NCBI GenBank assembly: GCA_964016885.1
Contig: OZ024759.1
Location: forward strand, 19,964,001 to 20,028,000
Source of the DNA: Eledone cirrhosa
Taxonomy: Eukaryota
Direction of reading: 5' to 3'
Length of the DNA: 64,000 bases
Shown: positions 26,845 through 39,675 of the stretch, piece by piece
How the letters are laid out: each line of letters opens with the position of its first letter
How positions within the stretch are numbered: the first letter of the stretch is position 1
Notes under the pieces: model-generated
Told to the model about the DNA's origin: nothing
Database searches by the model: none
The model's input: only the letters and a program-made list of their open reading frames with translations
Translations under genes and position numbers: made by a program

Positions 26845-27070
26845 CCACCAACACCACCACCACCACTACCACCAACACCACCATCAACAACACCAACACC
26901 ACCACCACTACCACCAACACCACCATCAACAACACCACCACCAACAACACCACCACCAACACCAACAACAACAACAACACCAACAACACCACCACCAACA
27001 CCACCAACAACACCACCACCACCAACACCACCACCAACACCAACAACAATATCCACAAGAACAATAACAA
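25440..27070. repeat. (CA)n compound followed by (CAA/CCA)n tract
   Basis: Direct inspection. Confidence 0.92.
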
Positions 27071-27281
27071 ACAAGACATGACTGCCAAAAAAACGATGCT
27101 TATGGTGAGACAGTAGTGAAATAAAATGAGATATAACTGTAAGATATTCTAAGATAATGGTAAATTTATCGGAAGATGTTAACATGAGTTCTATTGTTTC
27201 GTTTACACCCTAATTGCTTTCCAATATAAACCTGTTTAATATTTCTATGGAGATTTAAATATATGATAAATTATATGAAGG

Positions 27282-28640
27282 TGTGGTATGGTGTGGTGTA
27301 ATGTGCTGTGCTGTAGTGTGGTGTGGTGTGGTGTGGTGTAGCGTGTTGTGTCTTATTATGGTGTGGTGTGGTGTAGTGTGTTGTGGTGTGTTTTATTATG
27401 GTGTGGTGTGGTGTAGTGTGTTGTGGTGTGTTTCATTATGGTGTGGCGTGGTGTAGTGTGTTGTGGTGTATTATGGCGTGGCGTGGTGTAGTGTGTTGTG
27501 GTGTGTTTTATTATGGTGTGGTGTAGTGTGTTGTGGTGTATTATGTCGTGGTGTGGTGAAGTGTGTTGTGGTGTATTATGTCGTGGTGTGGTGTAGTGTG
27601 TTGTGGTGTATTATGCCGTGGTGTGGTGTAGTGTGTTGTGGTGTAGTGTGTTGTGGTGTGTTTTATTATGGTGTGGTGTAGTGTGTTGTTGTGTATTATG
27701 TCGTGGTGTGGTGTAGTGTGTTGTGGTGTATTATGTTGTGGTGTGATGTAGTGTGTTGTGGTGTATTATGTCGTGGCGTGGTGTAGTGTGTTGTGGTGTG
27801 TTTTATTATGGTGTGGTGTAGTGTGTTGTGGTGTATTATGTCGTGGCGTGGTGTAGTGTGTTGTGGTGTGTTTTATTATGGTGTGGTGTAGTGTGTTGTG
27901 GTGTATTATGTTGTGGTGTGGTGTAGTGTGTTGTGGTGTATTATGTTGTGGTGTGATGTAGTGTGTTGTGGTGTATTATGGCGTGGTGTGGTGTAGTGGG
28001 TTGTGGTGTATTATGGCGTGGTGTGGTGTAGTGGGTTGTGGTGTATTATGGCGTGGTGTGGTGTAGTGTGTTGTGGTGTATTATGGCGTGGCGTGGTGTA
28101 GTGTGTTGTGGTGTATTATGTCGTGGTGTGGTGTAGTGGGTTGTGGTGTATTATGGCGTGGTGTGGTGTAGTGTGTTGTGGTGTATTATGGCGTGGTGTG
28201 GTGTAGTGTGTTGTGGTGTATTATGGCGTGGTGTGGTGTAGTGGGTTGTGGTGTATTATGTTGTGGTGTGGTGTATTATGTTGTGGTGTGGTGTAGTGTG
28301 TTGTGGTGTGATGTAGTGTGTTGTGGTGTATTATGTCGTGGCGTGGTGTAGTGTGTTGTGGTGTATTATGGCGTGGTGTGGTGTAGTGTGTTGTGGTGTA
28401 TTATGTTGTGGTGTGGTGTATTATGTTGTGGTGTGGTGTAGTGTGTTGTGGTGTATTATGTTGTGGTGTGGTGTAGTGTGTTGTGGTGTATTATGTCGTG
28501 GTGTGGTGTAGTGGGTTGTGGTGTGGTGTAGTGTGTTGTGTTATGGTGTGGTGTGTTGTGTTATGGTGCAGTGTGGTGTTTTATGGCATGATATATTGTG
28601 GTGTGGTGTGGTACGGTGTGGTACAGTGTGTTTTTGTGTG
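27282..28640. repeat. (GTGGT)n-based pentamer minisatellite, ~35-bp higher-order unit
   Basis: Variants of GTGTAGTGTGTTGTGGTGTATTATGGCGTGGTGTG. Confidence 0.92.
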
Positions 28641-28679
28641 GTATATGATTGTATAAGCATAGAAAGATACGGCATGTAT

Positions 28680-29095
28680 ACATACGTGTGTGTGTGTGTA
28701 TAAATATATATGTATATATATTTATGTATATGTGTATATGTGTATATATATATATATGTGTGTGTATATATAAATATGTATTTATATATATATGTGTGTG
28801 TGTGTGTATATATATATACATATATATATATCTACATATATACACATATAAATATATATATATATATATATGTGTGTATATGTATATATATGTGTATATA
28901 TATATAGATATATATATGTATATATACACACACACAAACATGAGCACACACACAAAATACCTACATATTCGCCTACACAAAAAATGTCATTATATATATT
29001 GAAAATCAAATAATTTTAAATGCAGTTTAAATACACACACACACGCACATATATATATATAGAGATTCATATACATATATATATATAAACATCCA

Positions 29096-29132
<37 letters not shown>

Positions 29133-29139
29133 GAATATA

Positions 29140-29191
<52 letters not shown>

Positions 29192-29276
29192 AGCGTGGAA
29201 CATGGATGTTAAACGATGATGATGATATATATATATATGTATATATATATATGTATATATATATGTATATATAATC

Positions 29277-29339
<63 letters not shown>

Positions 29340-32300
29340 CTATGTATATATATATATCTATGTATATATATATATATATGTATATATATGTATATATATA
29401 CATATATACATAAATATATATATATATACATAAATATATATGTGCATGTGTATATAAATTTTATCACTATATTTTGTCATTGTTGCCAACATAATTCTTT
29501 TGTGAAATCTTTGAAATCTGAAACAAAAACAACAATCACACATAAAAACATACACACATACATTAAACATAGATAATCACACAAAAACATACACACACAA
29601 AAACATACACACATACATTAAACATACACACATACATTAAACATAGATACACACACAAAAACATACACACAGACATTAAACATAGTTACACACACATTAA
29701 ACATACACACATACATTAAACATAGATACACACACACACACAAAAACATACACACATACCTTAAACATAAATACACACACAAAAACATACACACATACAT
29801 TAAACATATATACACACACAAAAACATACACACACACATTAAACATAGATACACACAGACATTAGACATAAATACACACACAAAAACATACACACATACA
29901 TTAAACATAGATACACACACAAAAACATACACACAGACATTAGACATAGATACACACACATTAAACATACACACATACATTAAACATAGATACACACACA
30001 TTAAACATACATACATACATTAAACATAGATACACATTTCACATACACACACATACACATACACAGAAACACACAGAAATATATTAAATACTTACATATG
30101 CACACACTCACAGAAGCAGACATAACACACACACATAGACATACACAACACACACACACAGTCACACACTTACACACAGAGAGACTTACACAACACACAG
30201 AGACACACACACACAGTCACACATTTACACACAGAGAGACATACACACAGTCACACACACAGAGAGAGACACACACAGTCACACACTTACACTCAGAGAG
30301 ACACACATAATACACAGAGAAACCCACACGTGCACAGAGAAACACACACAGAAATGTGCACACATACACACAGAAAAGTGTACACATACACACAGAAATC
30401 TGTACACATACATGCAGATATGTGTACACATACATGCAGAAATGTGTACACATACACACAGAAATCTGTACACATACATGCAGATATGTGTACACATACA
30501 CACAGAAATGTGTACACATACACACAGAAATGTGTACACATACACACAGAGATGTGTACACATACACACAGAAATCTGTACACATACATGCAGATATGTG
30601 TACACATACATGCAGAAATGTGTACACGCACATACACACATAGAACACAGAGAAACACACACACACACAGAACTGTGTACACACACACACAGAAATGTGT
30701 ACACACACACAACACACAGAAACACACAGAGAAATGTACACACACATACACACAGAGAAATGTGTACACACACACATATAGAACTATGTACACACACACA
30801 CACAGAGAACTGTACACCCACACACACACAGAACTGTGTACACACACACACAGAAATGTGTACACACACACACAACACACAGAAACACACAGAGAAATGT
30901 GTACACACACACACAACACACAGAAACACACAGAGAAATGTACCCACACATACACACAGAGAAATGTGTACACACACATATAGAACTATGTACACACCCA
31001 CACACAAAGAACTGTGTACACACACACACAACACACACAGAGAAATGTGTACACACACACACAACACACAGAAACACACAGAGAAATGTACCCACACATA
31101 CACACAGAGAAATGTGTACACACACACATAGAACTATGTACACACCCACACACACAAAGAACTGTGTACACACACAACACACAACAAAGAGGGAAAAGAA
31201 AGAGATATGAAATAAAATGAAACAAGTGATGACATTAGAATGAAATAAATTGACATTATTGTTATTGACATTATTGTTATGGCATTGTTGTTGTTGTTGG
31301 TGGTGTTGTTGGTGTTGTTGTTGTTGGGGTTGTTGTTGGGGTGGTTGTTGTTGGGGTTGTTGTGGTTGGGGTTGTTGTGGTTGGGGTTGTTGTTGTTGTG
31401 GTTGTTGTGGTTGGGGTGGTTGTGGTTGGGGTTGTTGTTGGGGTGGTTGTTGTTGTTGTTGTTGTTGTTGGGGTTGTTGTCGTGGTTGGGGTTGTTGTGG
31501 TTGGGGTTGTTGTTGTGGTTGTAGTTGTTGTTGTTGTGGTTGGGGTTGGGGTTGGGGTTGTTGGGGTTGTTGTGTTTGTTGTTAGGGTTGTTGTTGTTGT
31601 GGTTGGGGTTGTTGTTGTGGTTGGGGTTGTTGTTAGGGTTGTTGTGGTTGTTGTTGTTGTTGTTGTTGTTGCGGTTGGTTGTTGTTGTTGGGGTTGTTGT
31701 GGTTGTTTTGGTTGGGGTTGTTGTTAGGGTTGTTGTTGTGGCTGTTGTTGTTGTTGGGGTTGTTGTTATTATCATCATCATTGTCATCATCCTTATTATT
31801 ATCATTGCCATCACCACCATCATCATCATCATCATCAGTTTCATCGTCATTATCATCATCTGCTACAATCACCATCATTATCACCGCTTAATTCAACACC
31901 ACCGCCACCACCATCACCAACACCACCACCATCACCACCATCACCACCACCACCATCACCACAACCACCACCATTACCCCTACCACCATCACTGCCACCA
32001 TCACTACTACCACCACCACCACCATATTTTTTCTTTTTACAATTCTTCAAATGAACATTTATATTTAATATATTAAATTTAAAATTCTATTCAAGTGTAT
32101 AATACTTACATACACACAACTACACACCAACACACACACACACAACTACACACCAACACATACACACAACTACACACCAACACCAACACACACAACTACA
32201 CACCAACACACACACACAACTACACACCAACACACCTACACAACTACACAACTACACGCCAACATACACACGTGTGTGTAGGTGTGTTGTTGGGGGGGGG

Positions 32301-32390
32301 GGTAGGTATACATATATATATAGGGTGGTTATACATAGATTCACACACACATCTATACGTGCATATATATATATATGCATTTTTTGTATG

Positions 32391-32426
<36 letters not shown>

Positions 32427-33170
32427 GTCTAATCATAAACCAAATTTGAAAAATATAAACATGCTTACTCTCTCTCACACACACACACATATATATATAT
32501 TGTGTGTGTGTATATATATATATATAGTGTGTATATATATATATATATATTGTGTGTGTATATATATATATATATTGTGTGTATATATATATATAGTGTG
32601 TATATATATATATATTGTCTGTATATATATATATATATATATAGTGCATATATATATATATATTGTGTTTATATATATATTTTTTTGGTTTGTGTGTGCA
32701 TATATATATTTGTGTGTGTGTGTGTATATATATATATTTATATGTATGTATATATATGTTAATTTATATATAAGACGGGTGTGTGAATATATATATTTTG
32801 TTTGTTTGTGTGTACATATATATATTTGTGTGTGTGTGTATATATATATTTATATATATGTTAATATATATATATATATATATATCTTTGTGTGTGTGAA
32901 TGGGTGTGTAGGTATATATATATTTATATATATATTTTGTTAGTATGTGTGAGTTTGTATATATATATATATATTTGCTTGTTTGTATGTGAGTGAGTAT
33001 ATATATATATATATATATATTTGTTTGTGTATGTGTGTGTGTATATATCTATATATTTATATATATATTTTGTTTGTATGTGCTAGTGAGTGTGTGTGTG
33101 TATATATTTATATATATATGTTTGTGTGTATGTGTGAGTACAAATATGTATATATATGTGAATCAACACA
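28680..33170. repeat. mosaic of (TA)n, (CA)n and (GTT)n microsatellites and compound minisatellites
   Basis: Examples are CACACAGAAATGTGTACACATA units at 30340-31180 and (GTT/GGG) at 31280-31770. Confidence 0.9.
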
Positions 33171-33257
33171 CCACATACAATTTACGTCGTTCAATATCAC
33201 AGAGAAAATTCCTTTTTCGATTTTCCTTTTTTTCTTCTATTTTTGTTTTTATTTATT

Positions 33258-35605
33258 ATCTCTTTTGTTACTGTATTTCTATTGAAATAGACTTCCTATA
33301 CATATCAATTAATTTTTGAAAATTTGAAGAATTTAACGAGATAACTGATCTTTTTTTTTTAGAAAGCTGATATTTGAAATATTACTTAACAAAATTTTCT
33401 TAAATAAAATTGTGATGGAAAATTTTATTAGATAAGTATGAACATTTTAAAATGAGTGGTTTTATATTTTAAAACCAGCTAGCAAAAGAGTTGAAAGGGG
33501 TAATTTTGTGTCAAATAACCAAGGACAGTTTCAAGAGGCTTGGTACCAGAAAGGTTAATTTTTTTGTTAATGTATTTCTAATATGGTTGATGTTAGGAAA
33601 GCATCCTACTCTAGAAACTAAGCCAAAGTATAGATCCATATGAACAAGTCATGGTCTCTGAACCTGTCTAACCCATGCAAGTGTGGAAAAATCAGTGTTA
33701 AATGATGGTAATACTTCCTATTATCAAATAAATTTTGAAACTTTTAAGAATTTAACGAGATAACTGATCTTCTTTTAGTAAGCTGATATTTAAACATTAC
33801 TTAACAAAATTTTCTTAAATAAAATTTTGATGGAAGATTTTATTATATAAGTATGAGCAGTTTTATATTTGACCCTTTAATGTTCAAACCGGCCAAAACC
33901 GGCCAGAATTCTCTACCTCTTTCCCTTGAAACTGGCTGTAACTGGTCGCTCAAACTGATGTTAAGGTATTGTTCTCAAAATAAATACTTTCAAAATCTCA
34001 TAGATTCGATATTATGTGAGATAATTATGTGAGGTAAAGCATTTACTATGTAAATATAATAGTATATATAAAATAATGTGAATGCTAAAGGGTTAAAAAA
34101 CCAGCTAGCAAAAGAGTTAAAATGGGTAATTTTGTGCCCAGTTTTAAGTGGTTGGGTGTAAAAAAGGGTGGAAAAGAATATTTTTGTATCAAAGAACCAA
34201 GGACAATTTCAGGAGGCTTGGTACCAGAAGGGTTAACCTTTTTAATGTATTTCTAATATGGTTGGTATTAGGAAGGACATCCAACTGTAGAAACTAAGCT
34301 GAAACATAGATCCTCGTCAACAAGATGTGGTCTCTGGACATGACTTCTCTCATAATGCAACAACCTGTCTAACCCATGCAAGCGGGGAAAAATAGACGTT
34401 AAATAATGATGATGATGATAAGACTTCCTATACATATCAATTAATTTTTGAACATTTGAAGAATTTAACGAGATAACTGATCTTTTTTTTAGTAAGCTTA
34501 TATTTGAAATATTACTTACCAAAATTTTCTTAAATAAAATTATGATGGAAGGTCTTATTATATAAGTATGAACATTTTAAAATGAGCAGTTTTATATTTT
34601 AAAACCAGCTAGCAAAAGAGTTAAAACGGATAATTTTGTGCCACAGAAACAGGCTCAGTTTTAAGTGGTTTGATGTAAAACAAAGGCTGAAAAAGAGTAT
34701 GAACATTTTAAAATGAGCAGTTTTATATTTAAAAAACCAGCTAGCAAAAGAGTTAAAATGTGTAGATTTTTGTACCACAGAACCAGGGAAGATTTCAGGT
34801 GGTTTGGTAGCAAATGAGTTATAATAGCTAGTTTTGTATCACAGAAATAGGGGCAGTTTAAGGTAGTTTAGTACCCAAAGGATTAACTCATTCCTTACTG
34901 TATTTCTAATGAAATACACTGATTCTGTTGGTGAATTAAATTTGAAGAATTTAACAAGATAACTAACTTTTTTTATTACTAAGTTGATAGCTGAAATATT
35001 ACTTCAAAAAATTTCTTAAAATTATGATGGAAGGTTTATATATGTACAAACATTTAAAAAATGAGCAGTTTTATATTTTAAAGCCAGCTAGCAACTCTAT
35101 ATATACTATTGTATTTTCATGGTAAAGGCTTTATCTTAAATAATTATCTCACATAATATCGAATCTATGAGATTTTGATATCATTTATTTTGAGAACAAT
35201 ACCTTAATGTTGAATGAGCAGCCAGTTATGGCCAGTTTGAACACAAAGAGGTGAAAGAATACTGGGCGGATTCAGCCAGTTTAAATGCTAAAAGTTTAAA
35301 CAGGCAGTTTTGTATCACAGAAACAGGGACAGTTTCATGTGGGTTCCTACTGAAACAGTTAACTCTTTTGTTACCATATGTACTATGAAATACATTTCTT
35401 ATATTTATTAATCAATTTTGAAAATCTGAAGAATTTAATAAGATAGTCAACTTTTTAATTACTAAGCCAATATTTGAAATATTACTTTAAACATTTTTTT
35501 AAAATTATGATGGAAGGTTTTGATATATGAACATTTTAAAAATGAACAGTTTTGTATCATAAATCGAGGGTGGTTTCAGGTAGGCTGGTACCAAATAGGT
35601 TGATA
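33258..35605 (+). mobile_element. degenerate tandem cluster of TTAA-MITE family 2 with interleaved SINE tails and MITE-1 copies
   Basis: Repeated blocks TTTGAAGAATTTAACGAGATAACT, ATGATGGAAGG and GGTACCAGAAAGGTTAA. MITE-1 lies at 33869-34096 (minus) and 35093-35299 (plus). SINE-A tails lie at ~33590 and ~34265. Confidence 0.7.
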
Positions 35606-35673
35606 TATTGAAAAATTAGGAGTGGTGGCTTGGTAAAATTGGTAGAGTGTTAGAGGAATCGGTAGAGTCTTAT

Positions 35674-35870
35674 AGCAGGCATGTCAAACTGAACGGCCCC
35701 CAAGGGCCACATGGGTTACATATGTGTTGTCTGAGGGCCACATACGACAATTAATTGCGCACATTACAACCGTCATTCCAACTGGCACATCCTGGATTTT
35801 TTGCTGGATCAAAGGGGGAAGGGTTGAGAAGATATCTGTGTCTGCTTTTAACTGCATCGACACCTAAAAC
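35674..35870 (+). mobile_element. possible hAT-type DNA transposon end fragment
   Basis: Begins CAGGCATGTCAAAC..CGGCCC..GGGCCACA, a hAT-like terminus. No partner TIR was found. Confidence 0.4.
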
Positions 35871-35938
35871 CCTTAGCAAAAGCATAATACATTCTACCAA
35901 GTCATACTTGATTGTAACTGATGGCTGAAGTGTATGTG

Positions 35939-35990
<52 letters not shown>

Positions 35991-36091
35991 CCCTTAGCAA
36001 AAGCATAATACATTCTACCAAGTCATACTTGATTGTAACTGATGGCTGAAGTGTATGTGTATATGTATATATATATATATATACATATGTA

Positions 36092-36148
<57 letters not shown>

Positions 36149-36187
36149 GATATTAACAAATGGAAACTATATTTATAAAACCATATT

Positions 36188-36252
36188 TATTTCATTATAC
36201 ATATTTCAAGGACACCAAGTTAAATTATGGTGTGCTTTCATCAGACAAAATA
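36188..36252 (-). ncRNA. type I minimal hammerhead ribozyme (antisense arm)
   Basis: Reverse complement is TATTTTGT-CTGATGA-AAGCACACCA..TGGTGTCCTT-GAAA-TATGTA-TA-ATGAAATA. Confidence 0.72.
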
Positions 36253-36365
36253 TAATATAGAACAGTTTTATAAATAAATATTGACATACCCTTAAAAAAT
36301 GCAACCATTACTGTTGGATTTTTTAAGGGTATGTCAATATTTATTTATAAAACTGTTCTATATTA

Positions 36366-36430
36366 TATTTTATCTGATGAAAGCACACCAAAATTTAACT
36401 TGGTGTCCTTGAAATATGTATAATGAAATA
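36366..36430 (+). ncRNA. type I minimal hammerhead ribozyme
   Basis: TATTTTAT-CTGATGA-AAGCACACCA(loop)TGGTGTCCTT-GAAA-TATGTA-TA-ATGAAATA. Helix I has 8 bp (one G-U), helix II has 9 of 10 bp, and helix III is near-palindromic. Predicted cleavage after 36422. Confidence 0.8.
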
Positions 36431-36834
36431 AATATAGTTTTATAAATATAGTTTCCATTTGTTAATATCGTATGTTTACTCCAAATATTTGTTGAGTGCT
36501 TTATATCAGTTATAAAAATATTTGCTTGTTGTATCCCAACAATTTAAATAGAACTTTTGCATATATATATATATATATATATACTACAAGTTGGCTGACT
36601 GAATACATGTGTGTGTTTATTTTCTCATTTTCCCCATTCCTTCCTCTCATCACCCTTTACTTTCTATTTATCTTGTATTTCTAACTCTATCTTCTGATGA
36701 AGGACTAGTGTCCAACATTTTGTGACTCTCCTCTTGCTATTTCAAGCGTTAAACTAATATATTTCTTCTATGTACTGTGTCCTTTGTTTTGTAATTTTTG
36801 TTATCTCTGTTTACCCTTTACACACACACACTCA

Positions 36835-36871
<37 letters not shown>

Positions 36872-37420
36872 TTTGGAAGGGTTATGCTGCCAATAAAAAA
36901 CACATGCACCTGTTGGGTTTCACTTATTATAATTTCCCAGTCAGTTAGTTTAATAACCAGATGATGGCTTAGTTGTTGATTGGCATCAAAGCTCTTTTGT
37001 CACACATTCTGTGACCTCCTCAATCACTACTTATGTTGTTATTGTGTATCTTACCTTTGTTCTGTCTTACAACATCTTGCTTGTGAGCTGTGAACTTCTG
37101 CTGTGTATGCATTATAATTCAATTCAGGAAATAACTACAGGCTTAACTCAGTTAAAACCATTTATTTCTACGACCATTTCGATTAAGAGAGATATAGTAC
37201 TAAACGACTAACTTAATTAGTAACTTAATTATTTCTATGGTACAAACGTTTCATCAGAATCATATTGGGAAAACCTGGATTAATTAGATGACTTCCTTGG
37301 TCCCATTATGTTATTACACAAGCAAGGCACCTTCTTAAAATACGAATGGAATAATCCATTTTCAATTCTCTTGTGTATATATATATAGCAGACATAAAAT
37401 GATGATGAATGATGATGATG

Positions 37421-37457
<37 letters not shown>

Positions 37458-37582
37458 GAGGAGGTGAGTTTTATTGTAGTACAATAAAGCAATGCAGATA
37501 TCGGATAAGAAGCAGTCTACAGTTTGTAGGACTGGAGTATACATAATATATAAGATCAAAAGATGGTTAAATGAGTTCCATG

Positions 37583-37653
37583 TATTTTATTATGTGCATT
37601 TCAAAAACAAATATCATCATGCAATAACATTTGTGTTTTCATCAGATAAAATA
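37583..37653 (-). ncRNA. type I minimal hammerhead ribozyme (antisense arm)
   Basis: Same as 37775-37845 except that helix III is ATGCACAT. Confidence 0.8.
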
Positions 37654-37774
37654 GGAGGACATGATATGAAGGTTAAAAACACTTGTGGATAGTGCAGTTT
37701 TAAATCAACATATGATATGTTGATTTAAAACTGCACTATCCACAAGTGTTTTTAACCTTCATATCATGTCTTCC

Positions 37775-37845
37775 TATTTTATCTGATGAAAACACAAATG
37801 TTATTGCATGATGATATTTGTTTTTGAAATGCGCATAATAAAATA
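37775..37845 (+). ncRNA. type I minimal hammerhead ribozyme, intact core
   Basis: TATTTTAT-CTGATGA-(~16-bp helix II, 37790-37825)-GAAA-TGCGCA-TA-ATAAAATA. Helix I is a perfect 8 bp and helix III is the perfect palindrome ATGCGCAT. AUA cleavage triplet ends at 37837. Confidence 0.88.
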
Positions 37846-38052
37846 CATGGAACTCATTTAACCATCTTTTGATCTTATATATTATATATATATATATATG
37901 TATGTGTGTGTACAAATATGTGTGTGTACATATATATATATATATGTAGAAGTTATATTTAATTTTTATAACTGATATAAAGCTCTCAACACATTTTTGG
38001 AGTAAAAATACAATATATTAACAAATGGAAACTATATTTATAAAACCATATT

Positions 38053-38117
38053 TATTTCATTATACATATTTCAAGGACACCAAAGAAAATTATGGTGCGC
38101 TTTCATCAGATAAAATA
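38053..38117 (-). ncRNA. type I minimal hammerhead ribozyme in a second copy of the 36145 family (~37950-38198)
   Basis: Reverse complement is TATTTTAT-CTGATGA-AAGCGCACCA..TGGTGTCCTT-GAAA-TATGTA-TA-ATGAAATA. A spacer-less palindrome at 38091-38198 carries a truncated half-ribozyme on the plus strand. Confidence 0.78.
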
Positions 38118-38198
38118 TAATATAGATCAGTTTTATAAACAAATATTTGTTTATAAAACTTATCTATATTATATTTTATCTGATGAAAGCGCACCATA

Positions 38199-38765
38199 GA
38201 CCAACACACACCACCACCACCACCGGACCAACACACACCACTACCACTGCCACCAGACCAACACACACCACCACCACTGCCACCAGACCAACACACACCA
38301 CCACCACTGCCACCAGACCAACACACACCACCACCACCGCCACCAGACCAACACACACACCACCACCGCCACCAGACCAACACACACCACCACCACCGCC
38401 ACCAGACCAACACACACCACCACCACCGCCACCAGACCAACACACACCACCACCACCACCGCCACCAGACCAACACACACACCACCACCGCCACCACCGC
38501 CACCGCCACCACCAGACCAACACACACACCACCACCGCCACCAGACCAACACACATCACCACCACCGCCACCAGACCAACACACATCACCGCCACCACCA
38601 GACCAACACACACACCACCACCACCAGACCAACACACACCACTGCCACCAGACCAACACACACCACCACCACCACCAGACCAACACACACCACCACCAGA
38701 CCAACACACACCACCACCACCGCCACCAGACCAACACACACCACCACCACCACCACCACCACCAC
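38199..38765. repeat. ~30-bp minisatellite CCAGACCAACACACACCACCACCACCGCCA
   Basis: Direct inspection. Confidence 0.93.
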
Positions 38766-38989
38766 AAGTGGAACATTAGAAGGCAACCATCTTTAAATGT
38801 ACATATTTCTAAAACATGCTTTCTTAATTAGCTTTCTGTATTTCGATGGGGGAGGGTGTCTGAGGGGGCTTGTTGGGATGGTGGTGTGTATGGTGTGGTG
38901 TGTGTATACTGGGGAGGTGTGTGTATGAGGGTGGTGTGGCGTCTATATACTGGGGAGGTGTGTGTATGAGGGTGGTGTGGTGTGTGTAT

Positions 38990-39675
38990 GAGGAGGATGT
39001 GGTGTGTATATATCAGGGGTGGTGTGGTGTATATATATCAGGGGTGGTGTGGTGTATATACATCAGGGGTGATGTGGTGTATATATATCAGGGGGGATGT
39101 GGTGTATATATATCAGGGGTGGTGTGGTGTATATATATCAGGGGTGGTGTGTATATATCAGGGGGGATGTGGTGTATATATATCAGGGGTGGTGTGGTGT
39201 ATATACATCAGGGGTGATGTGGTGTATATATATCAGGGGGGGATGTGGTGTATATATATCAGGGGTGGTGTGGTGTATATACATCAGGGGTGATGTGGTG
39301 TATATATATCAGGGGGGGATGTGGTGTATATATATCAGGGGTGGTGTGGTGTATATATATCAGGGGTGGTGTGTATATATCAGGGGGGATGTGGTGTATA
39401 TATATCAGGGGTGGTGTGTATATATCAGGGGGGATGTGGTGTATATACATCAGGGGTGATGTGGTGTATATATATCAGAGGTGATGTGGTGTATATATAT
39501 CAGGGGTGGTGTGGTGTATATATATCAGGTGTGGTGTATATATATCAAGGGTGGTGTGGTGTATATATATCAGGTGTGGTGTATATATATCAAGGGTGGT
39601 GTGGTGTATATATCGGGGTGGTGCGTATATACCAGGGGGGATGTGGTGTATATATATATCAGGGGTGGTGTGTGT
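38990..39675. repeat. ~24-bp minisatellite GGGGTGGTGTGGTGTATATATATCA
   Basis: Direct inspection. Confidence 0.93.

Larger units (their letters stand above)
36145..36560 (+). mobile_element. fold-back Penelope-like fragment with hammerheads in both arms
   Basis: Inverted repeat 36145-36300 / 36318-36473 with a 17-nt spacer, a unique 3' extension to ~36560, and (TA)n flanks. Confidence 0.8.
37543..37885. mobile_element. 343-bp near-perfect palindrome (fold-back Penelope-like element)
   Basis: 171-bp arms around a single G at 37714, two mismatches seen, with (TA)n at the right flank. Confidence 0.88.

Noticed and set aside
25279-27081. 600-aa ORF with a hydrophobic N-terminus and His/Thr/Pro-rich mucin-like body
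   Set aside because: It is almost entirely (CA)n and (CAA/CCA)n, which lack stops in several frames. A parallel 573-aa frame is equally open.
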